Source of the DNA: a bacterium
Lineage (GTDB): Bacteria; Desulfobacterota; DSWW01
Assembly: GCA_028277985.1 (NCBI GenBank)
Contig: JANQFG010000037.1
Location: forward strand, 194 to 64,193
DNA: 64,000 nt
Reading direction: 5' to 3'
A program made the translations under genes and the position numbers. The notes under the pieces were generated by a model. It made no database searches and was not told the origin of the DNA. It saw only the letters and a list, made by a program, of their open reading frames with translations. Every line of letters starts with the position of its first letter. Position 1 is the stretch's first letter. This document shows, one piece after another, positions 45,840-54,980 of this stretch.

Positions 45840-48107
45840 CTATCGGCTTGCATCGATGGCCGCCTCGAAGTCGTCGATGAGATATTGGCCGGGCAGCTTT
45901 CTCGGGTCCTCCCCGACAAAGGTGTGTTTGGACAGTTCATAGAAGTCCTTCTCGAAGACCAGAAGCGTCTTGTTCAGCGAATCCTTGAGGGTTTGAAGAA
46001 CTTCTCTTCCTGCCTGCGCATCAAGAATCTGCAGCAATGCCTCGTAGGAAAGCTCTCCGACGAGCTGGCTTATCGCCTCCACGGAGACATTCCCTTCCAC
46101 CTGTCGAAGGATGTCCCGCAGCGTCTCCCTGTCTTCCTCCCCGATCGGCAGGGTTTCGATGCTCTCCGATATTTGTCCGAAAAGGTAGTTCAGGCCCTCA
46201 TCCGAAACGCGCATCATCTCCTCGGCAAAGGCCTCCCCTATCTTGCTCTTGACAAAGGCGACGGCCTTGTCCTTGAAGCCCGTGACCGGAATGTTCTTCG
46301 TTACGAACAGAAAATGGATATCTCCCTTCTCCAGCTGAAAAGGCCCGAGCACAAGATCCTCACGGATCATGTTGAGCGCGTTTATGATCAGCCGTGCCTC
46401 GAAGTCTGCAATGGCCAGTTCCGGATTGAGTGAGAGATTGGACAGGAGGCGATTCAGAGACAGGTCGCCAAGCAATTCCCTGTCGATCGGTTTGCTGAAG
46501 TCGGGAATCAGATTGCTGAGCTCCACTGCCCTGTTGCCGAAAGCACCGAGGGCCTCGGGGTCGCCCAGCAGTACACCCTCAATGAATGCCTCTTCCTGCT
46601 CCAGCCCCAATGAGGAAGAACGCAACAGAAGGCGGAGCAGCTCCGTGTCTTCGTTTTCCGGAATGAGCCGGAGGCCGGCCTGCAGTGCATTCGCTGCGTT
46701 GTCCAGTTGAACGACGTATCTTTGCAGGGGGGCCCGAAGGGAAGATTGGAGTCGCGGAGCACCCGTGTCCGGATCCGAGAGGATCACCTCATGCCGAAGA
46801 TTCGACTGCATTTCTTCGAGGGCGTCCATTGCAGTCTTCGCGGCATGGGCGTATGTGCGCACCGCACGCGACTGGTTAATGTCGTTTTCCGTGATCACCG
46901 TGTCGGAGTGGCCGATCCGTACCGAAGCGGTGGTTTGGGGGATGTAGGGATGCCCGGGTCGGACCCCCGCGCTCATGTTGAGCACGTATCGATCCTCTTC
47001 GAGCCCTGCGCCTTCGAGTCGCGCGTCATAATGAGAGACGGAAGGCCCGACGGAGATGTCGAAAGCCCCTACGCGGACCCTCTTGAGAATTTCGACGCCC
47101 ACTTCCTGCCTTCGATAGTCGATGGAACCGTCCAGTTCGGTTTTCAGGTAGTAGTCGCCACGGACCTCCAGGGGGCCTCTCCAGAAAGGTTTCGTGCGGA
47201 GCGCCAACCCTGCTGCGTGTAGATAGAATTTGGTGTCCTGCGTGTTCGCATTGCTCTGTTCGAACAGATACCCCGACGTCGAGGAAAGCCGTAGTGTATC
47301 GATCAAGAGCGATTCGAGTCGGCGCGTCCGGTAGACCAGGCGGGCCAGAACCGCACCGGAAAGATAGCCCCATTTGTAGTAGATATCTTCATCCGGATCG
47401 AATTCCACCAGGTTGAACGTTCCCTCGGCGCTAAAGGTCGGAAAGAAGCCGATCGTGTCTTGTTGCGTAACGTCCCATTGCACGCCCATCCCGACGGGTA
47501 CGGTCAGGACGGGGATGAGGTAGGACAGTTTCAGGTCCAAACCTGCGCCATAGACGAGGTGTACCTTGCTTCCCAGGCGATGCACGCCCACCAGATTGTT
47601 CACCAGATGAACCAGGAATCGATCGCCGAGGCTTTCGCCGTTTCCATTGGTAGGGTCGATGAGTTGCAGGGAGTCTTCCTGAAAGGAGAGAAAGTAGTTC
47701 GCCTTCCAGCGAAACACGTTCTGCAGACGACGGTCGCCCCGGAAGGCACCGATGTTCCCCTCGAAGCTCATCACGGATGCATCAAGAAGCTTGCCCCGGA
47801 ACTTGTTCAGGGAAAACAGGACGGCCGAGTTTCCTCTTCTCCCCAGCCTGGCCCCGATCCCGGCAGAGTATCCGTCCGCATACCCGTCATCATAGAAACC
47901 GAATCTCAGCAGGAGGCGTTCGCCGAGCGTCCATCTCGGTTTTGCAGGTGCGAACGTGCTCTCCTGGGCCCCATAGACGATCACCGTCTGCAACAAAAGG
48001 GTCAGGACGCCCAACGGCGTCAGAAGGCGTAAGAATGTTATGGGTGCGTCTGATGAACCTCTCAGAACTGCACCGGCTGTTCCCCCGCCTCTGGATCCCT
48101 CATCCAA
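45840..48107 (-). CDS. Large hypothetical exported protein (beta-strand-rich N-half, helical C-half)
   Basis: 755-aa ORF; hydrophobic signal-like segment; alternating aromatic/Gly strands followed by Leu/Glu-rich helices. Start uncertain. Confidence 0.65.
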   Translation of the reverse strand: MDEGSRGGGTAGAVLRGSSDAPITFLRLLTPLGVLTLLLQTVIVYGAQESTFAPAKPRWTLGERLLLRFGFYDDGYADGYSAGIGARLGRRGNSAVLFSLNKFRGKLLDASVMSFEGNIGAFRGDRRLQNVFRWKANYFLSFQEDSLQLIDPTNGNGESLGDRFLVHLVNNLVGVHRLGSKVHLVYGAGLDLKLSYLIPVLTVPVGMGVQWDVTQQDTIGFFPTFSAEGTFNLVEFDPDEDIYYKWGYLSGAVLARLVYRTRRLESLLIDTLRLSSTSGYLFEQSNANTQDTKFYLHAAGLALRTKPFWRGPLEVRGDYYLKTELDGSIDYRRQEVGVEILKRVRVGAFDISVGPSVSHYDARLEGAGLEEDRYVLNMSAGVRPGHPYIPQTTASVRIGHSDTVITENDINQSRAVRTYAHAAKTAMDALEEMQSNLRHEVILSDPDTGAPRLQSSLRAPLQRYVVQLDNAANALQAGLRLIPENEDTELLRLLLRSSSLGLEQEEAFIEGVLLGDPEALGAFGNRAVELSNLIPDFSKPIDRELLGDLSLNRLLSNLSLNPELAIADFEARLIINALNMIREDLVLGPFQLEKGDIHFLFVTKNIPVTGFKDKAVAFVKSKIGEAFAEEMMRVSDEGLNYLFGQISESIETLPIGEEDRETLRDILRQVEGNVSVEAISQLVGELSYEALLQILDAQAGREVLQTLKDSLNKTLLVFEKDFYELSKHTFVGEDPRKLPGQYLIDDFEAAIDASR

Positions 48108-48265
48108 TCACCTCCCCTTTCTTCTCCGTACTGGGAATCCCCTGGACCGGGTCGTCCCGCACTGACGAATTGCGGAACAGGAACCGGACTCGGGGTTCAA
48201 TTCTTGGATGTGAGGTGCGTGTGCTCTGATTCACCGAAGAGAGCGGGTCTACAGAAGCGTAAGGA

Positions 48266-49270
48266 TCAAGCGCCGGGCGTCCTGTGACGGGCGCACCGTG
48301 CCTCGTACTCCTGTTGAAATCCGCGAAAGCACCAGGCTTGAAAGAGCTTGGCCTGAAGTGGGGGCTGTACAAAATAGTAATCGGAGCTGAGGTAGTTCGC
48401 AGGAATATTCGCCCTCGCGATTTGCGGTCTTTGCTCCGCCGGAGAAACGTCCAGCGGAACCACCGTCACGTGCTCGGTCTCCGCCTCACCGGCCCGCGCC
48501 AGAATCTCGCCCGAAGCGCTCCGAGCATTCGAGGACCCCCAGAAGTCGTAGGTGATCTCTCTTCTGGCCGGCAGGGGCCAGAGACGGGGACGGGGGAAGG
48601 GAAAGCGGATCGTGCCCGCCTGGTTGACGAAGACCGCCGGCACGCCGAGCCGGGTGGCATATTGCAGAGGGACGACCTCCGCAGCCAGGTAGGACCATCG
48701 TTCCATGAGACTGCGGAAGGCCCACGTTTCAGGGTACTGTACGAGGTGTCGGATCGTGCCCCAGAGGGCCACGATGACGACGAGCTCGACTCCGCTCTGC
48801 CTGAATCCCTCGAAGGTCTCACGGGAAAACGAGTCGAAACAGATCACTCCGCCGATGCGGCCGAAGGGGGTCTCGAAGATTCCGGGGCCCGGTGTATCGC
48901 TGCGCCGCCAGACGGTCGCCTCCTGGCATGTCGGGTTCCGCTTCCGGTAGTATTGGAGGCTCCCGTCGCTGCCTACCATGAACATCGTATTGTAGAAGTA
49001 CCCCTCGAACCGCTCGTAGAGGCTGCCCGTGATGTAGATGCCGTGGCGCGTGGCCTGTTCCTTGAGCCAGCCGACCGACCGACCGTCCAGAGTCTCTGCG
49101 ACGGTCATGAGTTCTTCTCCGAAGTAGAAGCCCACATTGAACATCTCCGGAAGAACGACCAGCTGAGCACCTTCTCCGACGGCACGCTCTATGCTGCGTT
49201 CCGCCAGGGAAAGGTTCTCTTCCACCTCGAGCGGCGCGGCCAACATCTGGACAATACCTACATTCAGCAT
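48266..49270 (-). CDS. Carbon-nitrogen hydrolase family protein
   Basis: LPEMF, YRKR, ICFDS triad. Start MLNVGIVQ. Confidence 0.88.
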   Translation of the reverse strand: MLNVGIVQMLAAPLEVEENLSLAERSIERAVGEGAQLVVLPEMFNVGFYFGEELMTVAETLDGRSVGWLKEQATRHGIYITGSLYERFEGYFYNTMFMVGSDGSLQYYRKRNPTCQEATVWRRSDTPGPGIFETPFGRIGGVICFDSFSRETFEGFRQSGVELVVIVALWGTIRHLVQYPETWAFRSLMERWSYLAAEVVPLQYATRLGVPAVFVNQAGTIRFPFPRPRLWPLPARREITYDFWGSSNARSASGEILARAGEAETEHVTVVPLDVSPAEQRPQIARANIPANYLSSDYYFVQPPLQAKLFQAWCFRGFQQEYEARCARHRTPGA

Positions 49271-49437
49271 GAGATCACCTGTTCTGCGGTCTGGGAAATG
49301 GTACTCCGGGCACTTGCCGGTCCCCGGCCCCTCGCTGCTGCCGAAGAATTCTACCAGTTCCATTCCCGGAATGCAGCCGGACCGGGCGGGTGCTTGTGGT
49401 GCACCCGGGATTTCTGCTAAGGTCGCCCAACGGAAAG

Positions 49438-51513
49438 ATGACCATGCCGCCTTATTCTGGAACCATCAGGTGCCTTCATCGGCTCTCCGGACTCCTCCTG
49501 TGCTTCTGTCTTCTGGCAAGCCCGGTCCGGGCGGATGACAGGAAGTCGGAAACGGACACGGCCCTCCGAAGGACCCTGACCAAGGGAACGATCCGAGCCT
49601 TTGTCAAGGGAAGGCGCCTTCGCATGTACTGGCAGGCAGAGGGGTCCAGGGTCATGTTCAAGGCCCGTTGGAAAAAGGGCCCCCTGGCTGATCCGGACTA
49701 CTCCTATCACACAGCCGAGTTGGAGCAGGACAAGAGCCCCGTGCGTATCCCCGGGCCGAGGAGCGCCTGGCACGAGGTGACGGCCCTGGACCTGGAGACC
49801 TGGCGCGGATACTCCCAGCGGGCTCGGGATAAGATGGTGCCCGAGGAGCCCGGCCAAGCCGTCTATGTCCAGTTGATGGACGGGGAGCACGTGCTGGTCC
49901 GCGATTCACAGGGAAGGGTGCAGGCCCACGCTCTCCGGGAAAAGCCTACTGACGCGAAGATTCTGAGACGCTACAACACCCACGAATTCGCCGTTCAACT
50001 CGCGCGATTCGTGGAATCGGATCTCGTTTCCCAATACCCTGAGCAGACCCATTTCCTCGGGGTGTACCTGTCGGCATCTTTCGCGCCCCATTTCATGCTG
50101 TTCGATTTCTCCAGGCGCGTCTGCGTGGTCCTTCACGGGCCCCTGGAGATGGGCCTGGAGGACGGGGCGCTACCGCTCTCCTCGGAGCTCAGGATTCTTG
50201 CCTCGCTTCTCATGGAAAGCCACGGCTTTGCCATCCTCAAGAATCCGGTCTCCTGTGTGGGCCGTCTGGTGAACACCGGTGCCCAGACCTTTGCACGATT
50301 GACCGGTCCGCGGTTGCCCTCCTACGACGATTCAGCGCCGGATCTGACCCGAAGAGAGGGCATGGATCTGGCCGAATGGGAGACCTTTCTGGACAAGTTG
50401 ACCGGCACGAAGAGAGAGCAGGGGGCCATCACGCTCCTCATCGACGGAGAGAACTTCTTCCCCTTGTTCCGTCGACGCATGGAGGAGGCCGGGAAGAGGG
50501 TCGACCTGAGGATCTGCATCTTTGATAACGATGATGTTGCGGTAGGCATCGCCGACCTGCTGAAACGGATCTCGAGCGAGGTGAAGGTGAGGGTCCTGGC
50601 CGACCGTCTGAGCACCCAGACCGCCGGCCTTGCCCTTCCGACCACTCTCCCCGAGGGATTCTCGCCGCCCAGGTCCATGCCGAAGTACATGCGGAGGGAT
50701 TCGCGCGTTCGGGTCCGGGCCTTCCTGAACCCCTGGCTCAGCTCGGATCATGCCAAGGTCTTCCTGATCGACCGGCGGTTCGCCTACCTGGGAGGGATGA
50801 ACATCGGTCGGGAGTATCGATACGAGTGGCACGACATGATGGTGGAGCTCGAAGGGCCGATCGTGAACGCCCTGGATGCCGACTTCCGGCGGGCCTGGGC
50901 CCACGCGAGTGTACTGGGGGATCTGGCCTACGCAGGAAGTGCAGCGAGCGGGCCGCTGCGACAGAACCCCGAGTGGCAGGAAGCGGGCAAGAGGTACATC
51001 GAGCTCCGCCGACTCTACACGCGAACCGGTGCATTGCAGATCCGAAGGGCGGTCCTGGAGGGGATCGGGCGCGCCGGGAGCTACGTGTATCTGGAGAACC
51101 CCTATCTCTACGACAACTCGGTTGCGGCGGCCCTGGCGGATGCGCGGATGCGAGGCGTGGATGTAAGGGTCGTCCTTCCCCTGGGTACGGACACTCCCGG
51201 GGGAAACAGCAGCAACTACGTTACAGCCAACTACCTGCTTGCGAACGGTGTCCGCGTCTATGTCTATCCGGGCATGACCCACGTGAAGGCGCTCATCGCA
51301 GACGGCTGGGCATGTCTCGGGTCAGCGAATTTCAATCATCTCAGCCTCCGCCTGAACCAGGAGGTGAATGTGGCCTTCTCAGACCATGAGACAGTGGAGA
51401 GGCTGCGCAAGGAGTTGTTCGAAGTCGATTTCGAGAAGTCCCACGAGCTCCGTGAACCCATCCCGGTCGGATGGACGGACCATGTGGTGGAAGAGCTGAT
51501 GAACTGGTTCTGA
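49438..51513 (+). CDS. Phospholipase D / cardiolipin synthase-like protein with long N-terminal extension
   Basis: Two HKD motifs (HAKVFLID...GGMN and HVKALIAD...GSANF); signal-like N-terminus. Confidence 0.88.
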   Translation: MTMPPYSGTIRCLHRLSGLLLCFCLLASPVRADDRKSETDTALRRTLTKGTIRAFVKGRRLRMYWQAEGSRVMFKARWKKGPLADPDYSYHTAELEQDKSPVRIPGPRSAWHEVTALDLETWRGYSQRARDKMVPEEPGQAVYVQLMDGEHVLVRDSQGRVQAHALREKPTDAKILRRYNTHEFAVQLARFVESDLVSQYPEQTHFLGVYLSASFAPHFMLFDFSRRVCVVLHGPLEMGLEDGALPLSSELRILASLLMESHGFAILKNPVSCVGRLVNTGAQTFARLTGPRLPSYDDSAPDLTRREGMDLAEWETFLDKLTGTKREQGAITLLIDGENFFPLFRRRMEEAGKRVDLRICIFDNDDVAVGIADLLKRISSEVKVRVLADRLSTQTAGLALPTTLPEGFSPPRSMPKYMRRDSRVRVRAFLNPWLSSDHAKVFLIDRRFAYLGGMNIGREYRYEWHDMMVELEGPIVNALDADFRRAWAHASVLGDLAYAGSAASGPLRQNPEWQEAGKRYIELRRLYTRTGALQIRRAVLEGIGRAGSYVYLENPYLYDNSVAAALADARMRGVDVRVVLPLGTDTPGGNSSNYVTANYLLANGVRVYVYPGMTHVKALIADGWACLGSANFNHLSLRLNQEVNVAFSDHETVERLRKELFEVDFEKSHELREPIPVGWTDHVVEELMNWF

Positions 51514-51586
51514 CAGAGGGAACCTTCTTGCATTTGGCCCGCATCTATGCGTTCATAAGGGTAGTGTGCTGTAAGAAGGGTATTTT

Positions 51587-51991
51587 GTGAAGAATAGACC
51601 CCATGTATTCGTGGCCCTGATCGGGCTCCTCCTCGGCGTTGGGAATCCAATGGCTGCTGTCGTCTGTTTCGGCGCGGACGGACACATCGAGGTGGTGCCC
51701 CTCTCTTCTGAAGATCACTGCTGTGATTGCCCCACCCATGCCGGCTCCGAAGATGTAGGTCATCGATGCTCGTCCTGCGTCGACGTTCCTCTGCCTCAGG
51801 CCACGGGAGAAGCGATTCTCATCCCTGGGGTAGAAAGGTGTGAGGCGCTGAAGGCACTGGCCGACTATACGAAGTGCGCTCTTTCCGTCACGCCCATCTC
51901 GCCTGATTCATTCGCGCCCTTTCCGGGTGCCGACCCATATGCCCACGGGCGCGCCATCGCTGCGCACTCCACGGTTGTCCTCCTGATCTGA
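51587..51991 (+). CDS. Small Cys/His-rich exported protein preceding the RND operon (CzcI-like position)
   Basis: Signal, VCFGADGH, HCCDCPTH, CSSCVDVP, C-terminal STVVLLI. Confidence 0.65.
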   Translation: MKNRPHVFVALIGLLLGVGNPMAAVVCFGADGHIEVVPLSSEDHCCDCPTHAGSEDVGHRCSSCVDVPLPQATGEAILIPGVERCEALKALADYTKCALSVTPISPDSFAPFPGADPYAHGRAIAAHSTVVLLI

Positions 51992-52131
51992 AAATCCCCT
52001 GCGTCAAAGTCCTGACTACCGTTCCTCTGTTCCGGAGGGACCCTGTTCCTGCGCTCGTTGCTTGCGCCGGGCCTTCCGGAAGCACGCACTTGAATTGAGA
52101 GTTCGAGACCGACACATCCTGGAGGTTTTGC

Positions 52132-53505
52132 ATGAGATCGAGATACCCGATCGTCCTCGGGGTCTTCTTGACCGCGGTGTTGGGCAGTGCATCCGTGTCA
52201 TCCGCGGAAATGGCCCAGTCGAAGCAGCATGCGCTGGGAAGAGGTTTTCCGTCCTTCCATGCGCCGGACACCGGCTCTTCACCGGATTCAACTTTGACCC
52301 GGATAGAAGAGCCTTCCGGAGGCCTCACGCTCCGGCAGGCCCTGGCGCTGGCCCTGATGAAGAATCCGGAGCTGGCCGTCTTCTCCTGGGAAGCAAGGGC
52401 AAGGGAAGCCGAAGCGTTGCAGGCCGGACTCTTGCCCAACCCGGAGTTGGACGTAGAGGTGGAGAACATCGGAGGGACCGGTTCCTTTGGGGGCCTCGAC
52501 GAGGCGGAGACGACCATTCAGCTCGGCCAGCTCGTCGAGTTGGGAGGAAAACGCTCGACAAGGAAACGAGTGGCTGCGCTCGATCAAGATCTTGCCGGGT
52601 GGGACTATGAAATCGAGCGCATCCGGGTATTCACCGAGACTTCCAAGGCCTTCGTTGATGTTCTGGTCGCACAGGAACGGACCAAACGGAACCAGGAGTT
52701 CGTCCGGCTGGCCGAGCAAGTTCTCGACGTGGTGGCTGAGCGTGTCCGGGCAGGAAAGGTCTCTCCCATCGAAGAGGTCAAGGCAAAGGTGTCCCTGTCG
52801 GCCCGGCACATAGAGAGGCAGAGGGGTGAGGATGAGCTGACCGTCGCCAGAAAGACTCTTGCTGCCGCCTGGGGAGAAACCGAGCCGCTGTTCCAGGAGG
52901 CTCGGGGCGACCTGGAGCGTCTGCACGAAATTCCACCCTTCGAGGTGCTGGGCGAGCGGATCGCCGCGAATCCGGAGATGGCCCGATGGGTCGTCGAGAT
53001 CGAAAGACATCGGACTTTTCTCGATCTGGAACGGGCCGGGAGATTCCCGGATGTGACCCTGAGCGGGGGTGTGAAACACTTCAACCCTACGGATGACTGG
53101 GCCTTTGTGGCCGGGCTTTCCGTTCCGATCCCGTTGTTCAACCGAAATCAGGGGGGGACACTGGAGGCGAAGTACAGGCTCGCCAAGGCCGAGGAGCAGA
53201 GCAGGGTTTTGCGCCTTCGTGTTCAGTCTGCCCTGGTCAGCGCCTATCAGAGGCTGTCGTCAGCACGAAAGGAGGCCATCTCCTTGAAGAACGAGGTGTT
53301 GCCGGGCGCCAGGGGTGCATTCGAAGCGACCGGTGAGGGGTTTCGGCAAGGCAAATTCGGCTATCTGGAGGTGCTGGAAGCCCAGCGCACCTTCTTCGAG
53401 GCGCAGGCCCGCTACACGGACACCCTGGGGGTCCTGCAGAAGGCGGTTGCCGATACGGAGAGCCTGCTCGGCGAGCCGTTGGAGAAGATGGAGGACCCCG
53501 CCTGA
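52132..53505 (+). CDS. czcC: TolC-family outer membrane efflux protein, CzcC-like
   Basis: LPNPEL, Q.VELGGKR..R, LSVPIPLFNRNQG, G.F..LEVLEAQRT. Confidence 0.85.
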   Translation: MRSRYPIVLGVFLTAVLGSASVSSAEMAQSKQHALGRGFPSFHAPDTGSSPDSTLTRIEEPSGGLTLRQALALALMKNPELAVFSWEARAREAEALQAGLLPNPELDVEVENIGGTGSFGGLDEAETTIQLGQLVELGGKRSTRKRVAALDQDLAGWDYEIERIRVFTETSKAFVDVLVAQERTKRNQEFVRLAEQVLDVVAERVRAGKVSPIEEVKAKVSLSARHIERQRGEDELTVARKTLAAAWGETEPLFQEARGDLERLHEIPPFEVLGERIAANPEMARWVVEIERHRTFLDLERAGRFPDVTLSGGVKHFNPTDDWAFVAGLSVPIPLFNRNQGGTLEAKYRLAKAEEQSRVLRLRVQSALVSAYQRLSSARKEAISLKNEVLPGARGAFEATGEGFRQGKFGYLEVLEAQRTFFEAQARYTDTLGVLQKAVADTESLLGEPLEKMEDPA

Positions 53506-53528
53506 TGGGACTTTCGAGGAGAATCGTA

Positions 53529-54932
53529 ATGAGACAGGCAAGGAAATTTGTCCGGAATGTATCGGTGTACGGTGCCCTTTCCGTATTGCTGCTATGGGCC
53601 CTCTCCGGTTGCTCGAGCGAATCCCCCCCGGCCTCGCCGAAGAAGCAAACCGAGACCGAGGGACACGGTCACACCGGGACGGAGCACCCCCGGGGTCACG
53701 ACCACCCCCACGGAGGGCATGGGGAGGAGGGCCACGGGGAGAGGCTCTCCCTTTCGCTCGATGAAATTGCCGCGTTCCGGTGCGAGCACGAAGTGCCCGC
53801 GTATGAATGTGCGTCCTGCAGGTATGAAGTGGGTGTGGTGAAGGTGTCCTCTTCGCTCGTCAAGGAAGATGCGGATGGTGGAGGCGGTCTCGTCCTGACT
53901 CGGCTCGTTGAAAAGACCGCGGTCACCGATGGCCTGACCGTGACGGGCGAGGTGCGGCTCAACGAGAACCGTGCCGTCCACATCAGCCCGCGCATTTCCG
54001 GCATCATCGAATCGGTGAGGGTTGACATGGGGGCGTATGTCCGCCAGGGGGACGTTCTCTTCAATCTCAGCAGCGTGGAGCTCGGCAAGGCCTTGAGCGA
54101 CTACGAGCGAAATCGTGCCCTCGCTTCCTTTTCCAGGAAGAACCTGGAGAGGGAGAGGTCCTTGTTCGATCGAAGAATCTCCTCCGAACAGGATCTGATC
54201 GATGCGCAGATGACCTTCGAGCAGCACAAGACGGAACGGGACGCGACCCGACAGACACTGGTGGTGCTGGGGCTCTCCGAAGAAGATCTGTCGTCCCTCG
54301 ATCGAGGCGCGGGCAGCGCCCGAGCGGGAAGCCTGCCGGTTCGGGCCCCCCTGGAGGGAACGGTCATAGAGAAGCACGCCGTGGTGGGGGAACTCGTCGA
54401 GCCTGGAACCGACGTGATGCTCGTTGCAGACCTCACGACCGTATGGGTGTGGGCGGACATCTACGAGCAGGACCTGCCCCATCTGATCCGGGCGCGCAGC
54501 CTGGGCCCGATACCGGTGAAGGTGCTCGTGCGTGCCTTTCCGGGACGGCCCTTCGAGGGGACAATCGACTACGTGGGCGCCACGATGGAGGAGAGGACCC
54601 GGACGGTGAAGGTTCGTGCGACGGTTGCGAATACGGACCGCCTCCTTCGGCCCGGTATGTTCTGCGAAATCCGGATCGGAATCGGTGCCGGGGAAGAGGC
54701 CCTGGCCGTACCCAGGATCGCCTTGTTGTCGGATGAAGGGCTCGACTTCGTGTTCACCCACTGGAAGGAGGACTACTATGTCCGACGCCCTGTGGAGACA
54801 GGCCGGGAATTCTCGGATCGCGTGGAAATCATCGAAGGCCTTGTCGAAGGCGACAGGATCGTGGCGGAGGGAGCCTTTCTGCTGAAATCGGATATCCTGC
54901 GCGAGAAGATGGGAGCCGGATGCGCGGATTGA
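53529..54932 (+). CDS. czcB: RND periplasmic adaptor, CzcB-like lipoprotein with His/Cys-rich N-terminus
   Basis: Lipobox LSGC; His-rich tract; ADLTTVWV, TRTVKVR, LRPGMF, GL..GDRIV..GAFLL. Start 53529 or 53505. Confidence 0.85.
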   Translation: MRQARKFVRNVSVYGALSVLLLWALSGCSSESPPASPKKQTETEGHGHTGTEHPRGHDHPHGGHGEEGHGERLSLSLDEIAAFRCEHEVPAYECASCRYEVGVVKVSSSLVKEDADGGGGLVLTRLVEKTAVTDGLTVTGEVRLNENRAVHISPRISGIIESVRVDMGAYVRQGDVLFNLSSVELGKALSDYERNRALASFSRKNLERERSLFDRRISSEQDLIDAQMTFEQHKTERDATRQTLVVLGLSEEDLSSLDRGAGSARAGSLPVRAPLEGTVIEKHAVVGELVEPGTDVMLVADLTTVWVWADIYEQDLPHLIRARSLGPIPVKVLVRAFPGRPFEGTIDYVGATMEERTRTVKVRATVANTDRLLRPGMFCEIRIGIGAGEEALAVPRIALLSDEGLDFVFTHWKEDYYVRRPVETGREFSDRVEIIEGLVEGDRIVAEGAFLLKSDILREKMGAGCAD

Positions 54933-54980
54933 TGACTTCCATCGGACCATCGCTGACCCGTCCCTTTTGGAGATGAAATC

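Noticed and set aside
51992-52131. Possible NiCo (czcD) riboswitch before czcC (contains GCCGGGCC)
   Set aside because: The other conserved segments and the four-way junction are not evident; an Infernal search against Rfam would be needed.
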